From Bacteroidota bacterium (lineage in GTDB: Bacteria > Bacteroidota > Ignavibacteria > UBA10030 > UBA8401), in NCBI GenBank assembly GCA_027622375.1, contig JAQCAB010000005.1:6971-70970 (forward strand): a stretch of 64,000 bases of DNA, in the 5' to 3' direction. A program made the position numbers and the translations under genes. Positions 8,854 to 19,130 of this stretch are shown here, one piece after another (the first letter of the stretch is position 1; each line of letters opens with the position of its first letter). The notes under the pieces are model-generated. The model was given only the letters and a program-made list of their open reading frames with translations, was not told the DNA's origin and ran no database searches.

Positions 8854-10218
8854 ATGAAAATAAAAACAATTTACTTCATTTTTCTTCTTCTTTATACTTC
8901 AATTTCACTTTCTCAAAATTCAAAATTAAAATCGGGACCAATGGTTGGTTTTAGCGAAATGACTGAGGTTTTGCTTTGGGCGCAAACATCCGAAAAAGCC
9001 ACTGTTCAATTTAGATATTGGGATAAATTAAATTCTAAAAACAAATTCTTATCAGTAATTGAGAATACAAATGATGAAAAATATTTTACAGCAAAAATTA
9101 TCTTAAAAAATTTGCAACCGGGAACGTTTTATAATTACGAAATATTAATTAATGGAAAGGTTTCTCCAAAAGATTATGAATTAAAATTTCAAACACAAAA
9201 ATATTGGCAGTGGAGAACTCCTCCTCCTGATTTTAGTTTTGTTTTTGGCTCGTGTGTTTATGTAAATGATATCCCATTCGAAAGACCATCTGGTCCTTAT
9301 GGAGCAGATGTTCCAACCTTTCAGGAAATTTTAAAACAAAATCCAGATTTTATGCTTTGGTTGGGAGATAATATCTATTATAGAGAGGGTGATTGGAATA
9401 CAAAATCTGGAATGACATATCGATACACTCACTCTCGTTCTCACAAATCACTTCAACCAGTTTTAGGAAGTATTCATAATTATGCAATTTGGGATGATCA
9501 CGATTATGGTCGCGATAATGATGACAGAAGTTACAGAATGAAAGATGTATCACTGGATTTATTTAAAAATTTTTGGGGAAATAATTCTTTTGGATTAAAC
9601 TCAACGCCGGGAGTTTTTGGTAGATTTACTTGGAGTGATGCAGAATTTTTTCTTTTAGATGACCGATATTATCGCTCGCCAAATAATTCACCGAATGATG
9701 AAAATAAAACCATGTTTGGCAAAGAACAATTTAATTGGTTAAAAGATGTATTGATAAATAGTGATGCTACTTTTAAATTTATTGTAAATGGAAATCAGAT
9801 TCTAAACACAAACTCTAAAAAGGAATGTTTAAATATGTTTCCAAATGAGTTAAAAGAATTATTGGGTTTTTTGAAAAATAATAAAATTAAAGGAGTGATT
9901 TTTTTATCAGGCGATCTTCATTATAGCGAAGTCTTACAACATACTGATTCAACATTTTATACTTTATACGAAGTTACTTCAAGTTCATTAACTGCTGGTT
10001 TAGATAAAAATCCATTACAGCAAAATAGTTTGCGAGTTGCGAATACTTTAGTAAACGATAAGCATAATTTTAGTTTAGTTAAAATTAAAGGTCCAAAAGA
10101 AAATCGTGTTGCTGAAATATCTTTAGTTGATTTTACTGGAACTAAACGCTGGCAAATTGAAATTGCAGCAAATAGTTTGCGGTTTACTGAAACAAAAGCA
10201 GTAAATGACAAAAAATAA
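8854..10218 (+). CDS. phoD: PhoD-like alkaline phosphatase/phosphodiesterase (metallophosphatase fold)
   Basis: Signal peptide, PhoD-type N-terminal domain (GPMVGFSEMTEVLLWAQT), and metal-site motifs WLGDNIY, WDDHDYG and SGDLHYSE. Confidence 0.8.
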   Translation: MKIKTIYFIFLLLYTSISLSQNSKLKSGPMVGFSEMTEVLLWAQTSEKATVQFRYWDKLNSKNKFLSVIENTNDEKYFTAKIILKNLQPGTFYNYEILINGKVSPKDYELKFQTQKYWQWRTPPPDFSFVFGSCVYVNDIPFERPSGPYGADVPTFQEILKQNPDFMLWLGDNIYYREGDWNTKSGMTYRYTHSRSHKSLQPVLGSIHNYAIWDDHDYGRDNDDRSYRMKDVSLDLFKNFWGNNSFGLNSTPGVFGRFTWSDAEFFLLDDRYYRSPNNSPNDENKTMFGKEQFNWLKDVLINSDATFKFIVNGNQILNTNSKKECLNMFPNELKELLGFLKNNKIKGVIFLSGDLHYSEVLQHTDSTFYTLYEVTSSSLTAGLDKNPLQQNSLRVANTLVNDKHNFSLVKIKGPKENRVAEISLVDFTGTKRWQIEIAANSLRFTETKAVNDKK

Positions 10219-10891
10219 TATTCTCATAATTGAAGATGAAAAAAAATTATCATCTTTAATTTCGCGAGCATTAATTCAAGAGGGGTTTAAAACTGATATT
10301 GCAAACGATGGTTTAAATGGTGAAAAAAAAGCATTAACTGAAAATTATGATTTGATAATTGTAGATTTAATGCTTCCGCAAAAAGATGGACTTCAAATAA
10401 TTTCCACTTTTCGGGAAAAACATATTCAAACTCCAGTTTTAATTATCACAGCAAAAAGTGATGTTGAAGATCGTGTAAAAGGTCTTGATATGGGAGCAGA
10501 TGATTACTTAGTAAAACCATTTGCAATTGGTGAATTGTTAGCAAGGGTCCGATCGCTACTCAGAAGAACTTCATCTACAATTCAAAAAACTATTCATATC
10601 CAAGATTTGACACTTGATTTAATTAAACGAAGAGTTTCGCGAGGGAAAAATTTAATCGATCTTTCTCCTCGTGAATTTGCTTTACTCGAATATTTTATTT
10701 CGAATCGCAATAAAGTTATAACTCGCGCAACTTTATGCGAACATATTTGGAATTATAATTTTGATACTGGCACTAATTTAGTTGATGTTTATGTAAATCA
10801 CTTAAGAAATAAAATAGACCACGGATATAAAAATAAATTTCTTAAAACAATTAGGGGTGTTGGTTACGAATTTGTAAGTAAATTAATTTAA
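10205..10891 (+). CDS. OmpR/CusR-type response regulator
   Basis: Receiver domain (ILIIEDE...DLIIVDLMLP...LVKPFAIGELLARVRSLLRR) plus a winged-helix output domain (LSPREFALLEYF...IRGVGY). Confidence 0.9.
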   Translation: MTKNNILIIEDEKKLSSLISRALIQEGFKTDIANDGLNGEKKALTENYDLIIVDLMLPQKDGLQIISTFREKHIQTPVLIITAKSDVEDRVKGLDMGADDYLVKPFAIGELLARVRSLLRRTSSTIQKTIHIQDLTLDLIKRRVSRGKNLIDLSPREFALLEYFISNRNKVITRATLCEHIWNYNFDTGTNLVDVYVNHLRNKIDHGYKNKFLKTIRGVGYEFVSKLI

Positions 10892-12384
10892 TGTTTTCAT
10901 TCTCATCAATTAAAACAAAGCTAACGCTTTGGTACACATTAATTTTGTGCGGAACATTATTCCTTTTTGGGATGATTGCTTTTTTTTCTGCAGAGACACA
11001 ATTATTTCGCAATCTCGATTTATCTTTACGAAACGAAGTTTTGTGGCTTAAAAATTTTATTGAACCAAAAGCTAAAAAAATCAGATTAAAAAAACATCGC
11101 GCCCTACAATCTAAACAAGAAGCTGATTCAATTTTACTTGCAAAAAAAGTTAGCCGCATTAAAGAAGAATTTATTGTTGAAGATGATACAACAGAATTTG
11201 ATGTTATTTGGAATCAAATTTATCAACACACATTACTATCACCAAAAAAACAATTGATTCAAATTGAAGATAGAAATGGTGATTTGCTTTATAAATCTTA
11301 TAGTTTGGGTGAAGAAACTTTATACTTTGAAGCTGTTCCAATAAACACAACAAAGCTTGTCACAATTTATGATAAAACAGGAAAGCCATTACGCCTTGCG
11401 GTTTATCAAAGTAAGTACGCAAAAATTTTTGTTGCATATCCAGAAACAGATGTTTACGAAATAATAAATAGTTTATTCTCAATTTTACTTTTATTGATAC
11501 CAGTTGTAATTTTAGTTTCAATTTTGGGTGGTTATTTTTTGGCAAACAGATCTCTTGCGCCTGTTGAAAATATAAATAAGACAGCAAGAAATATTACAGC
11601 ATTAAATTTAAATGAGCGGTTGCAAAAAAATAAAGTTGATGATGAAATTGGAAGATTAATTGAAACTATAAATGAAATGTTCGATCGGCTTCAACAATCT
11701 TTTGAACTTATGAAGCAATTTTCTGCTGATGCTTCTCACGAATTAAGAACGCCATTAACAATTATCCGTGGTGAAATTGAGTTGGCGCTTTCTTCAAAAC
11801 AATCATCTGAAGAATATCAAAGAATTTTAGCAAGTATTCTTGAAGAGACAGTTCGCCTTTCAACAATTACAGATGGTTTATTAACACTTGCGCAATCCGA
11901 ACGAAGCGACCAATTACATTTAAAAGAGGCTGTTCCACTACATAATATTATTAACGAACTTTTTGAAGACATTTCATTAATTGCATCTGCGAAAGAAATT
12001 AAACTAACAAAAAAACAAATTGACACAATAAATATTTTAGGTGATTCAATAAGATTACGTCAATTATTTTTAAATATTTTAGATAATGCAATTAAATACA
12101 CACAACCAAAAGGGGAAGTTGCTATTTCTCTTCTTAAAAATGGAACTATGGCAGAATTTATTGTTCAAGATTCCGGAATTGGAGTCGCAATAGAGGATCA
12201 CCAAAAAATATTTGATAGATTCTATAGAGTTGATAAGGGCCGCTCACGCTCACTTGGTGGAACAGGGCTTGGCCTTTCAATTGCAAAATGGATTACCGAA
12301 AGCCATAACGGAAAAATTTCGGTTCAAAGTGAAATTGGAAAAGGTTCTACTTTTACAATCACAATCCCATCTGTTAAGAAATAA
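10891..12384 (+). CDS. Sensor histidine kinase (two TM segments, periplasmic domain, HAMP, HisKA, HATPase_c)
   Basis: H-box FSADASHELRTPLT, N-box NILDNAIKYT, G-boxes DSGIGV and GGTGLGLSIAK. The start abuts the response regulator stop. Confidence 0.9.
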   Translation: MFSFSSIKTKLTLWYTLILCGTLFLFGMIAFFSAETQLFRNLDLSLRNEVLWLKNFIEPKAKKIRLKKHRALQSKQEADSILLAKKVSRIKEEFIVEDDTTEFDVIWNQIYQHTLLSPKKQLIQIEDRNGDLLYKSYSLGEETLYFEAVPINTTKLVTIYDKTGKPLRLAVYQSKYAKIFVAYPETDVYEIINSLFSILLLLIPVVILVSILGGYFLANRSLAPVENINKTARNITALNLNERLQKNKVDDEIGRLIETINEMFDRLQQSFELMKQFSADASHELRTPLTIIRGEIELALSSKQSSEEYQRILASILEETVRLSTITDGLLTLAQSERSDQLHLKEAVPLHNIINELFEDISLIASAKEIKLTKKQIDTINILGDSIRLRQLFLNILDNAIKYTQPKGEVAISLLKNGTMAEFIVQDSGIGVAIEDHQKIFDRFYRVDKGRSRSLGGTGLGLSIAKWITESHNGKISVQSEIGKGSTFTITIPSVKK

Positions 12385-12438
12385 AATATTTTGTATATTC
12401 ACTTAATTTATTTTTCAAAATTTATTTAAGAGAAAATT

Positions 12439-13851
12439 ATGTCAACAACCATAACTAATCAAAACGAACTTGCACGGCGACTCAGTTTAACTTCCTCTAT
12501 TTATATAGTTATGGGCTCGATGATTGCATCGGGCATTTTTTTAACTCCGCAAAATGTTGCGGCGAGTGTACAAATTCCGGGAATTATGATTTTCGTTTGG
12601 ATATTAACTGGGCTTTTAACTTTAGCTGGCGCGCTTACAAATGCTGAAATCGCAAGTTTAATACCGGAGGCAGGCGGGCAATATGTTTTTTTCCGAGTTA
12701 CTTACAACGACTTAGTTGCTTTTTTATACGGATGGACAACTTTTATTGTTTATCAAACTGGCTCGATTGCCGCGATTGCAGTTGCGTTTGCAAAATACCT
12801 CGGTTATTTTGTCGACTTGCCACATTTTTCTCCCGAACTTGAAGCGTGGCAACTTCCATTTCTTGGAAGTATTTTTCCATTAAAAGATATTGGAGTGAGT
12901 TTAGTTGCAATTGGTGCAATTATTTTTTTAGCAATTGTAAATTATTTTGGCGTTCACTTTGGCGGATTTGTTGTAAATCTTTTTACGATTTTAAAACTTA
13001 TTGCAATCGGTGCGATAATTGTACTTTCGTTTTCATCAGGAGTGGGAAGTGTGGATAATTTTTTTCCACTTTGGGGCACGCCATCAAACGCAACTTTAAT
13101 AAGTGCAATTGGTGTTGCGATGATAGCAACACTTTGGTCGTACGATGGATGGAATAGTTTAACATATTTAGCTGGTGAAGTTGTTGAACCTCAAAAAAAT
13201 ATTCCACGAGCATTAATTTTTGGAACGATTGCTGTAATTATAATTTATGTTTTTACAAATTTAGCTTACCTTTATATTTTGCCGATTAATGAAATTGCAA
13301 CTTCAAAACTTGTTGCCGCCGATGTTATGGATAAATTATTTGCTGGTTACGGTGGCGCAATTATTTCTGCAATGGTTATGATTTCAACTTTTGGCGCGGT
13401 CAATGCAACATCAATGACAACAGCAAGAGTATTTTTTGCAATGGCAAAAGATAAAATGTTTTTTAAAGGTGTTGAAAAAGTTCATCCTAAATATAAAACA
13501 CCCGGCAGAAGTTTAATGATTCAAGCAATGTGGGCTTCAATTTTAACTTTGACTGGCACTTACGATCAAATTTTTACTTATGTAATTTTTGCTGGTTGGA
13601 TTTTTTATGCACTCGGTGGATATGCAATTTTTATTCTTCGCAAAAAAATGCCCGATGCAGTTAGAGGTTATAGAGTTCCGGGTTATCCGTATGTCCCAAT
13701 AGTTTTTATTGTTGTTGCTACTTGGTTTGTTACAAATACTATTATTAGTCAAACAACTGATTCGATAGTTGGATTATTTTTAGTTTTGGCTGGCGTTCCA
13801 TTTTATTTGTACTGGAAAAAACAAATTATAAAAAAAGCTTTAAATCAATAA
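12439..13851 (+). CDS. APC-family amino acid permease
   Basis: About 12 TM segments with GSMIASGIF near TM1 and a typical APC-superfamily layout. Confidence 0.85.
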   Translation: MSTTITNQNELARRLSLTSSIYIVMGSMIASGIFLTPQNVAASVQIPGIMIFVWILTGLLTLAGALTNAEIASLIPEAGGQYVFFRVTYNDLVAFLYGWTTFIVYQTGSIAAIAVAFAKYLGYFVDLPHFSPELEAWQLPFLGSIFPLKDIGVSLVAIGAIIFLAIVNYFGVHFGGFVVNLFTILKLIAIGAIIVLSFSSGVGSVDNFFPLWGTPSNATLISAIGVAMIATLWSYDGWNSLTYLAGEVVEPQKNIPRALIFGTIAVIIIYVFTNLAYLYILPINEIATSKLVAADVMDKLFAGYGGAIISAMVMISTFGAVNATSMTTARVFFAMAKDKMFFKGVEKVHPKYKTPGRSLMIQAMWASILTLTGTYDQIFTYVIFAGWIFYALGGYAIFILRKKMPDAVRGYRVPGYPYVPIVFIVVATWFVTNTIISQTTDSIVGLFLVLAGVPFYLYWKKQIIKKALNQ

Positions 13852-16800
13852 TCTCCACCGAGCGAAAAGTAATATCTCGGTTTCGAAAATTTTTGTAAAT
13901 CGTAAGTCCATGCAACGTCTATTTTAAATGGTAATCCGAAAAATATAAATCTTGTGCCAACTCCCATTCCCATAAGTAAATCTTTTGTAACTGATTGCCC
14001 ATTTATATTTTTATGAACTCCTTTAAAATATTTATCTTCGCTCCAAGCAGAGCCAATATCAACAAAAGCAGCACCTAAAATATTTTGTAGTGCAAGTGGA
14101 ACTCCGCCAGTTACAATTAATTGAATTAATTGAAATCGATATTCATTATTTAACAAAAAATATTTTGTACCATTTTTTACATTGTAATTAAATCCCCTCA
14201 TCGGTAAAATTGGAGTTAAAAAAACATAATCTTCAACGTTTTCAATTGGAATATTATTATTATCGAATTCATAATTTATCCAACCTTCGGTGCCTCCCAT
14301 AATAAAATGTTGTGGGTCTTTTCCAACACTTAATCCTCCAACAAATCTTGTTGCAACTGAGCTTGTTCTGAATAATCTAAGATAATTTCTAAAATCAAGT
14401 GTTAAAGTTTTAAAATCCAGAGAATTTTTTCCACTAAATGGTGATAATGAAAAAGTTAAATTTATTCTTCTGCCATTATTTGGTGCCAGAATCCACCAAA
14501 GAGAATTATCGTGGATAAAACTTATTGATGGCATAATTAGTTGTCTTCTTTGAATTGCTTCAGATGGAGGATACTCAATTTGCTCGCGAGATAAATTTAA
14601 AAACATTAAACTCCCATCAACTCTATTAAATTTATCAAATGGATAAGTTGCCATTCCGCCAAAACCCCAATTTCTGAAACGGAACAATCCATTTGAAAGC
14701 CATAAATATCTTGCACTATGAAATCCTTGAAAACCGTAATCTATTTTTTCGGGTAAATAAAAATATCCTAGAGAGTAATCACTATTTCTCAAGTCCGATA
14801 AAAGATTTGTCGTAAAATATATTTGATGATCTCCGAGCATATCGCTAAAAGCCATTACGGTTGTCCCCTGCAAGCCGTAATAAGTGCTGAATGCAGTAGT
14901 TGCATAAATAATATCTGGAGAGAAATTTAATTTATATTTTGTAATTCTAAAATTTCCTTTTTCATCAAGATTGTTTGTGATTTGTAAAGAGGTATCAATA
15001 GATGTACTGTTTTGTTGTAATAAATTTTCAGTATCAAAAATTGAATTACTTAAATCAATTTGAATTGCATCGCCATATTGAACAATTGAAGGCTCAGAAA
15101 TAATTTTTGAGGAATCGCTTTTTAGAAGTGGTGAGTTTAAAAATATTTGCTCTTTCCGGAAATCTGTTTGTTCCAGCGATGAGATTTTTAATTCTTTTTC
15201 GAATGGATTTTTAACTAAAAAAATATCAAATCCGGCTTCATTTAAACATGAAAAAGTTAATTTACTAGCATCACGCGAAAGTGAAAGTTGATAGAGACCA
15301 GTTATTGAATTTGTAATTGGTCGCTCTTGCATTTTTTCAAAATCAAGCTGATAAATATTGCCGATCCCGCTTTTATCCGACACATAAAGAACTGATTTAT
15401 TATCTGCCGATGGAATTGGATTTGTTTCATCGCAATAATCAGTTTTTGTTAATTGTTTAATTACACCAGAATTAACATTAATTGAATAAATATCATATTT
15501 AGCATTCTTATATTCCCACATTTTAGTGTTTTGGGAATTCATATTTTTTGTTGTAGTATTTCTATCAGATGAAAAATAAATTGTTTCGCCATCATTTGCC
15601 CATGTTGGATCTAAATCAGAAAAAATATCATTAGTTATATTTGTTAATTTTTTTGATTTAAAATCGTAAGTAAAAATATCAGATTGTATTGAGGTGTTGC
15701 CAATAAAAACTAATTTATTCTTTGCGTGCGACCAATCAACACTAAAAATACCCTCCATATTTTTAAATGAAAGTTTTTCTTCTTCTCCAGATTCTACATC
15801 AACAATCATAATAGCATCCTTATCTCCACTTTTTGTAGCAACAGCAATTTTTTTTCCATCAGGTGACCAGCAAATTCCAGGAGTTAATAAATGTAATTCT
15901 TCAAAATTTGCAGTTCGTTGGCCATCAATAACTTTTTTTATTTTATTATCAATTGTAGAAATTACAAAGAGATCTAAATAATCATTTCTATCCGAAATAA
16001 AAGCAATTTTATCTCCCTGTGGAGAAAGCACGGGAGATGTGTTGTAAAAATTTCCATCCTTTGTGTGATTTGTTAATTGTTGAGCAAATTCTTTTGGTTC
16101 AACCCGTTTAGAAATATCAGGCCAATATGCAACTTTTAATCCTTTTTGCCAGCGTTCATCTAATTCTTTTACGTTTAAACCAATTGCGCTTTTAAATCCA
16201 TTATCTATATTTCGCATTCCCTTAATTCTGTGAAGAATTTCAGAAATTTTTTGTTCACCATATTTTGTAGCGATGTAATACCAAACTGATTGCCCCGCAC
16301 GATAAGAAAAGTATCCACTTAAATATTCAATTGGTGGTAAATATGTGTGCAAAGTTGCATCGCGCATAAACATATCTGAATTAACATCCCATTCGAGTGC
16401 AAGATATTCAGACAATCCTTCGTTAAACCAATGCGGAAGTTGAAGTTGAATATTGTTTGAAATTATTGATTGAATTGATCCACCATAAAACATATCATTT
16501 AAAACTGCATGCACAAGTTCGTGATGAATTACGTGACGGAATTGTCTATAGTTACCTTCAAATGGTACAATTACCCGGTTTTTAAATAATTCTGTGACAC
16601 CACCAATTCCCTCTTCCATATATTCCGACACAACATTTGTTTGTTGAAAATCGTTGTGCGAGTTATAAATCATTATTGGTATTCTGTTTGCAATAGTATG
16701 TCTAATTTTTTTTGAAATGGATGCGTATGCTGATTCAGCAGCACTTGCAGTAAATTTTGAAAGATATTCTCCATTTTCGTAATAATAAATATCAAAATGT

Positions 16801-16943
16801 TCGGTTTGAATATATGACCAGACAAAATTTTTATATTGAACTTTATTTTTTCCAAATACTCCATCTTGTGCAATTAATGGATTTAACTGCAAAGCAAAAA
16901 ATAGAATAAAAAATAACTTTAATTTTAATAATTGGTTAATCAT
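13845..16943 (-). CDS. Large secreted protein: N-terminal HExxH (MA-type peptidase-like) domain, PD40/TolB-like beta-propeller repeats and a C-terminal Omp85-type beta-barrel
   Basis: Signal peptide, then HVIHHELVHAV. Repeated PD40-like blocks (SPQGDKIAFISDR, WSPDGKKIAV, DGETIYFSSDR, DNKSVLYVSDKSG). C-terminal Omp85 hallmarks: MRGFNY (loop-6 RGF), AAFVDIGSAW, GMGVGTRF...KIDVAW. Confidence 0.7.
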   Translation of the reverse strand: MINQLLKLKLFFILFFALQLNPLIAQDGVFGKNKVQYKNFVWSYIQTEHFDIYYYENGEYLSKFTASAAESAYASISKKIRHTIANRIPIMIYNSHNDFQQTNVVSEYMEEGIGGVTELFKNRVIVPFEGNYRQFRHVIHHELVHAVLNDMFYGGSIQSIISNNIQLQLPHWFNEGLSEYLALEWDVNSDMFMRDATLHTYLPPIEYLSGYFSYRAGQSVWYYIATKYGEQKISEILHRIKGMRNIDNGFKSAIGLNVKELDERWQKGLKVAYWPDISKRVEPKEFAQQLTNHTKDGNFYNTSPVLSPQGDKIAFISDRNDYLDLFVISTIDNKIKKVIDGQRTANFEELHLLTPGICWSPDGKKIAVATKSGDKDAIMIVDVESGEEEKLSFKNMEGIFSVDWSHAKNKLVFIGNTSIQSDIFTYDFKSKKLTNITNDIFSDLDPTWANDGETIYFSSDRNTTTKNMNSQNTKMWEYKNAKYDIYSINVNSGVIKQLTKTDYCDETNPIPSADNKSVLYVSDKSGIGNIYQLDFEKMQERPITNSITGLYQLSLSRDASKLTFSCLNEAGFDIFLVKNPFEKELKISSLEQTDFRKEQIFLNSPLLKSDSSKIISEPSIVQYGDAIQIDLSNSIFDTENLLQQNSTSIDTSLQITNNLDEKGNFRITKYKLNFSPDIIYATTAFSTYYGLQGTTVMAFSDMLGDHQIYFTTNLLSDLRNSDYSLGYFYLPEKIDYGFQGFHSARYLWLSNGLFRFRNWGFGGMATYPFDKFNRVDGSLMFLNLSREQIEYPPSEAIQRRQLIMPSISFIHDNSLWWILAPNNGRRINLTFSLSPFSGKNSLDFKTLTLDFRNYLRLFRTSSVATRFVGGLSVGKDPQHFIMGGTEGWINYEFDNNNIPIENVEDYVFLTPILPMRGFNYNVKNGTKYFLLNNEYRFQLIQLIVTGGVPLALQNILGAAFVDIGSAWSEDKYFKGVHKNINGQSVTKDLLMGMGVGTRFIFFGLPFKIDVAWTYDLQKFSKPRYYFSLGGDY

Positions 16944-16958
16944 ATTTAAACAAATTTA

Positions 16959-19127
16959 TTACTTTTTTCTCTTATTAGAAAGACCCTTAAAAGGCTCAGA
17001 AGGATTAATTATTGCGAAATCTATTTTTCTACTTTCAGGATTAACGGAAATAACTTTAACTTTAATACTATCACCAAGTCTATAAGTTCTACCAGTTCTT
17101 CTTCCGATTAATGAAAAGTTTTGTTCGTTAAATTCGTAATAATCATCTTTTAAATTTCGAACGGGAACCAATCCTTCAACTAAAGTTTGTTCTAATTCTA
17201 CAAAAAATCCAAAATTTAAAACACCTGAAATTATACCAACATATTCTTCGCCAATAAAATTTTTCATGTACTCGAGTTGCATAATTTTAATAGTATCTCT
17301 TTCGGCATCTTGTGCAATTTTTTCACGTTGAGAGGTGTGTTTTGATATTTCTTTCAACTCCTCTAAACTATAAAGCAGTTGAGGAATTTTATTATTTTTA
17401 TTTTTTGTCATATAATAATACAATAACCTATGAACAATTAAATCAGGATAACGTCTTATTGGTGAAGTAAAATGGGTATAATCTTTAAAAGCCAAACCAA
17501 AATGACCAATATTTACGGTATCGTAAATTGCTTTTGCCATTGATCGCAAAGTTATTTCATTTACAATATTTTCTTCTGGTTTATTTTCAACTTGGTTTAA
17601 TAAATTTTGTAGCTCGTTATGAATATTTTTTGTGAGATTAAAATTAAATCCAAATTTTGAAACAAATACTTTTAAAGTATTTAATTTAACTTTTTCAGGC
17701 TCTGCGTGCACACGATAAATAAATGGTGGCGCTTCATCCGAAATAATATATTTATTAACTTCTTCAGCCACTAATTTATTTGCGAGTAACATACACTCTT
17801 CAACTAGTTGATGGCTTTTTAATCTGTGTTTAATAAATATTTCAGTTGGTTTGCCAAAAGAATCGTACTCAAATTTTGGTTCGAGTGTTTCAAAATTAAT
17901 TCCCCCTTTTTTAAATCTTTCTTTTTTTAATTTACTTGCTATATCCCATAATTGAGAAATCATTACAGTAAATTTCCCTTTTCCAGAATCAAGAATTTTT
18001 TCTACTTCTTCATAAGTAAATCTCTTTTTTGAGTTAATTACAGTTTTACTAAATCTGTGAGAAATAATTTTTCCATTTTCAAATTTTATAAAACAGGAAA
18101 ACGCAAGTCTATCTGTTTCGGGTTTTAAACTACAAAGGTTGTTTGATAATCTTTCTGGCAACATTGGCACAACTTGATTTGCAAGATAAACACTTGTTCC
18201 GCGAGAAAGAGCTTCGAAGTCTAATTCTGAATTTTGTTTTACAAAAAAACTTACATCGGCAATGTGAACACCAAGTTCAAATGAGTTCGAATTTGTTTGT
18301 CCGATTGAAAGTGCGTCGTCAAAATCTTTTGCATCTACTGGATCAATCGTAACACAATTTAATTTTCTGCAATCTTCTCGCTGCAATAATTCTTTTTCAG
18401 AAATTGTATTAGTGAATTGCGCTACTTCGCTTTCAACTACTTTTGGAAAAGTTGGTGTTAAATTATATGCTCTTAATACTGATTTTATTTCTGTAAATGG
18501 ATCGCCAGCTTTTCCTAATATCTCAATAATTTTTCCTTCGGGATTAAAATCTTCAGACTCCCATTCAATAAATTCGACAACAACCCGGTCTCCAGGATTT
18601 GAATTCAATTCAAACTCTTTTGAGATATAAAAATCCCGTTTTAATTTTTTATCATCGCAAACTACAAAGGTTGCCTTTTTTGATTTTTCAATGGTTCCTA
18701 TAAAAACATGTTTCCCCCTATTTAATATTTTTACAATCTTTCCTTCATTATAAATTTTATTATTAAAACTTGTGGATTTAGAAAAAATATTTATTTCAAC
18801 TTCATCGCCATCAAGTGCAGTAAAAATATTTTTAGATGAAATTAATACTTCGGAGTTATCTTGTAAAGCAACAATTCCAATATTGTTTTTTAATAATTTT
18901 AAGATTCCTTTTTTATCAATTTTTTTAGAATTTAATTTATATCCGGTTTTCAAATCAAAATTAAGTGCTCCACTTTCAACTAATTTGTGAAGAGTTGAGC
19001 GTAGTGATTGATATTCTTCATGATTATTTATTTTTAATAAATGTGCAACTTCCTTCGATTTTGCGCTAAGATTTGGGCGAGAGGTGAATAATTTAACTAC
19101 TACTTCATTATTTGTTTTTGACATCAA
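16959..19127 (-). CDS. rnr: Ribonuclease R (RNase II/VacB family 3'-5' exoribonuclease)
   Basis: RNB catalytic-domain motifs (TIDPVDAKDFDDALS, HFGLAF..YTHFTSPIRRYPDL) and a C-terminal S1 domain (GIISGVLNFGFFVEL). Confidence 0.9.
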   Translation of the reverse strand: MMSKTNNEVVVKLFTSRPNLSAKSKEVAHLLKINNHEEYQSLRSTLHKLVESGALNFDLKTGYKLNSKKIDKKGILKLLKNNIGIVALQDNSEVLISSKNIFTALDGDEVEINIFSKSTSFNNKIYNEGKIVKILNRGKHVFIGTIEKSKKATFVVCDDKKLKRDFYISKEFELNSNPGDRVVVEFIEWESEDFNPEGKIIEILGKAGDPFTEIKSVLRAYNLTPTFPKVVESEVAQFTNTISEKELLQREDCRKLNCVTIDPVDAKDFDDALSIGQTNSNSFELGVHIADVSFFVKQNSELDFEALSRGTSVYLANQVVPMLPERLSNNLCSLKPETDRLAFSCFIKFENGKIISHRFSKTVINSKKRFTYEEVEKILDSGKGKFTVMISQLWDIASKLKKERFKKGGINFETLEPKFEYDSFGKPTEIFIKHRLKSHQLVEECMLLANKLVAEEVNKYIISDEAPPFIYRVHAEPEKVKLNTLKVFVSKFGFNFNLTKNIHNELQNLLNQVENKPEENIVNEITLRSMAKAIYDTVNIGHFGLAFKDYTHFTSPIRRYPDLIVHRLLYYYMTKNKNNKIPQLLYSLEELKEISKHTSQREKIAQDAERDTIKIMQLEYMKNFIGEEYVGIISGVLNFGFFVELEQTLVEGLVPVRNLKDDYYEFNEQNFSLIGRRTGRTYRLGDSIKVKVISVNPESRKIDFAIINPSEPFKGLSNKRKK

Positions 19128-19130
19128 TAA

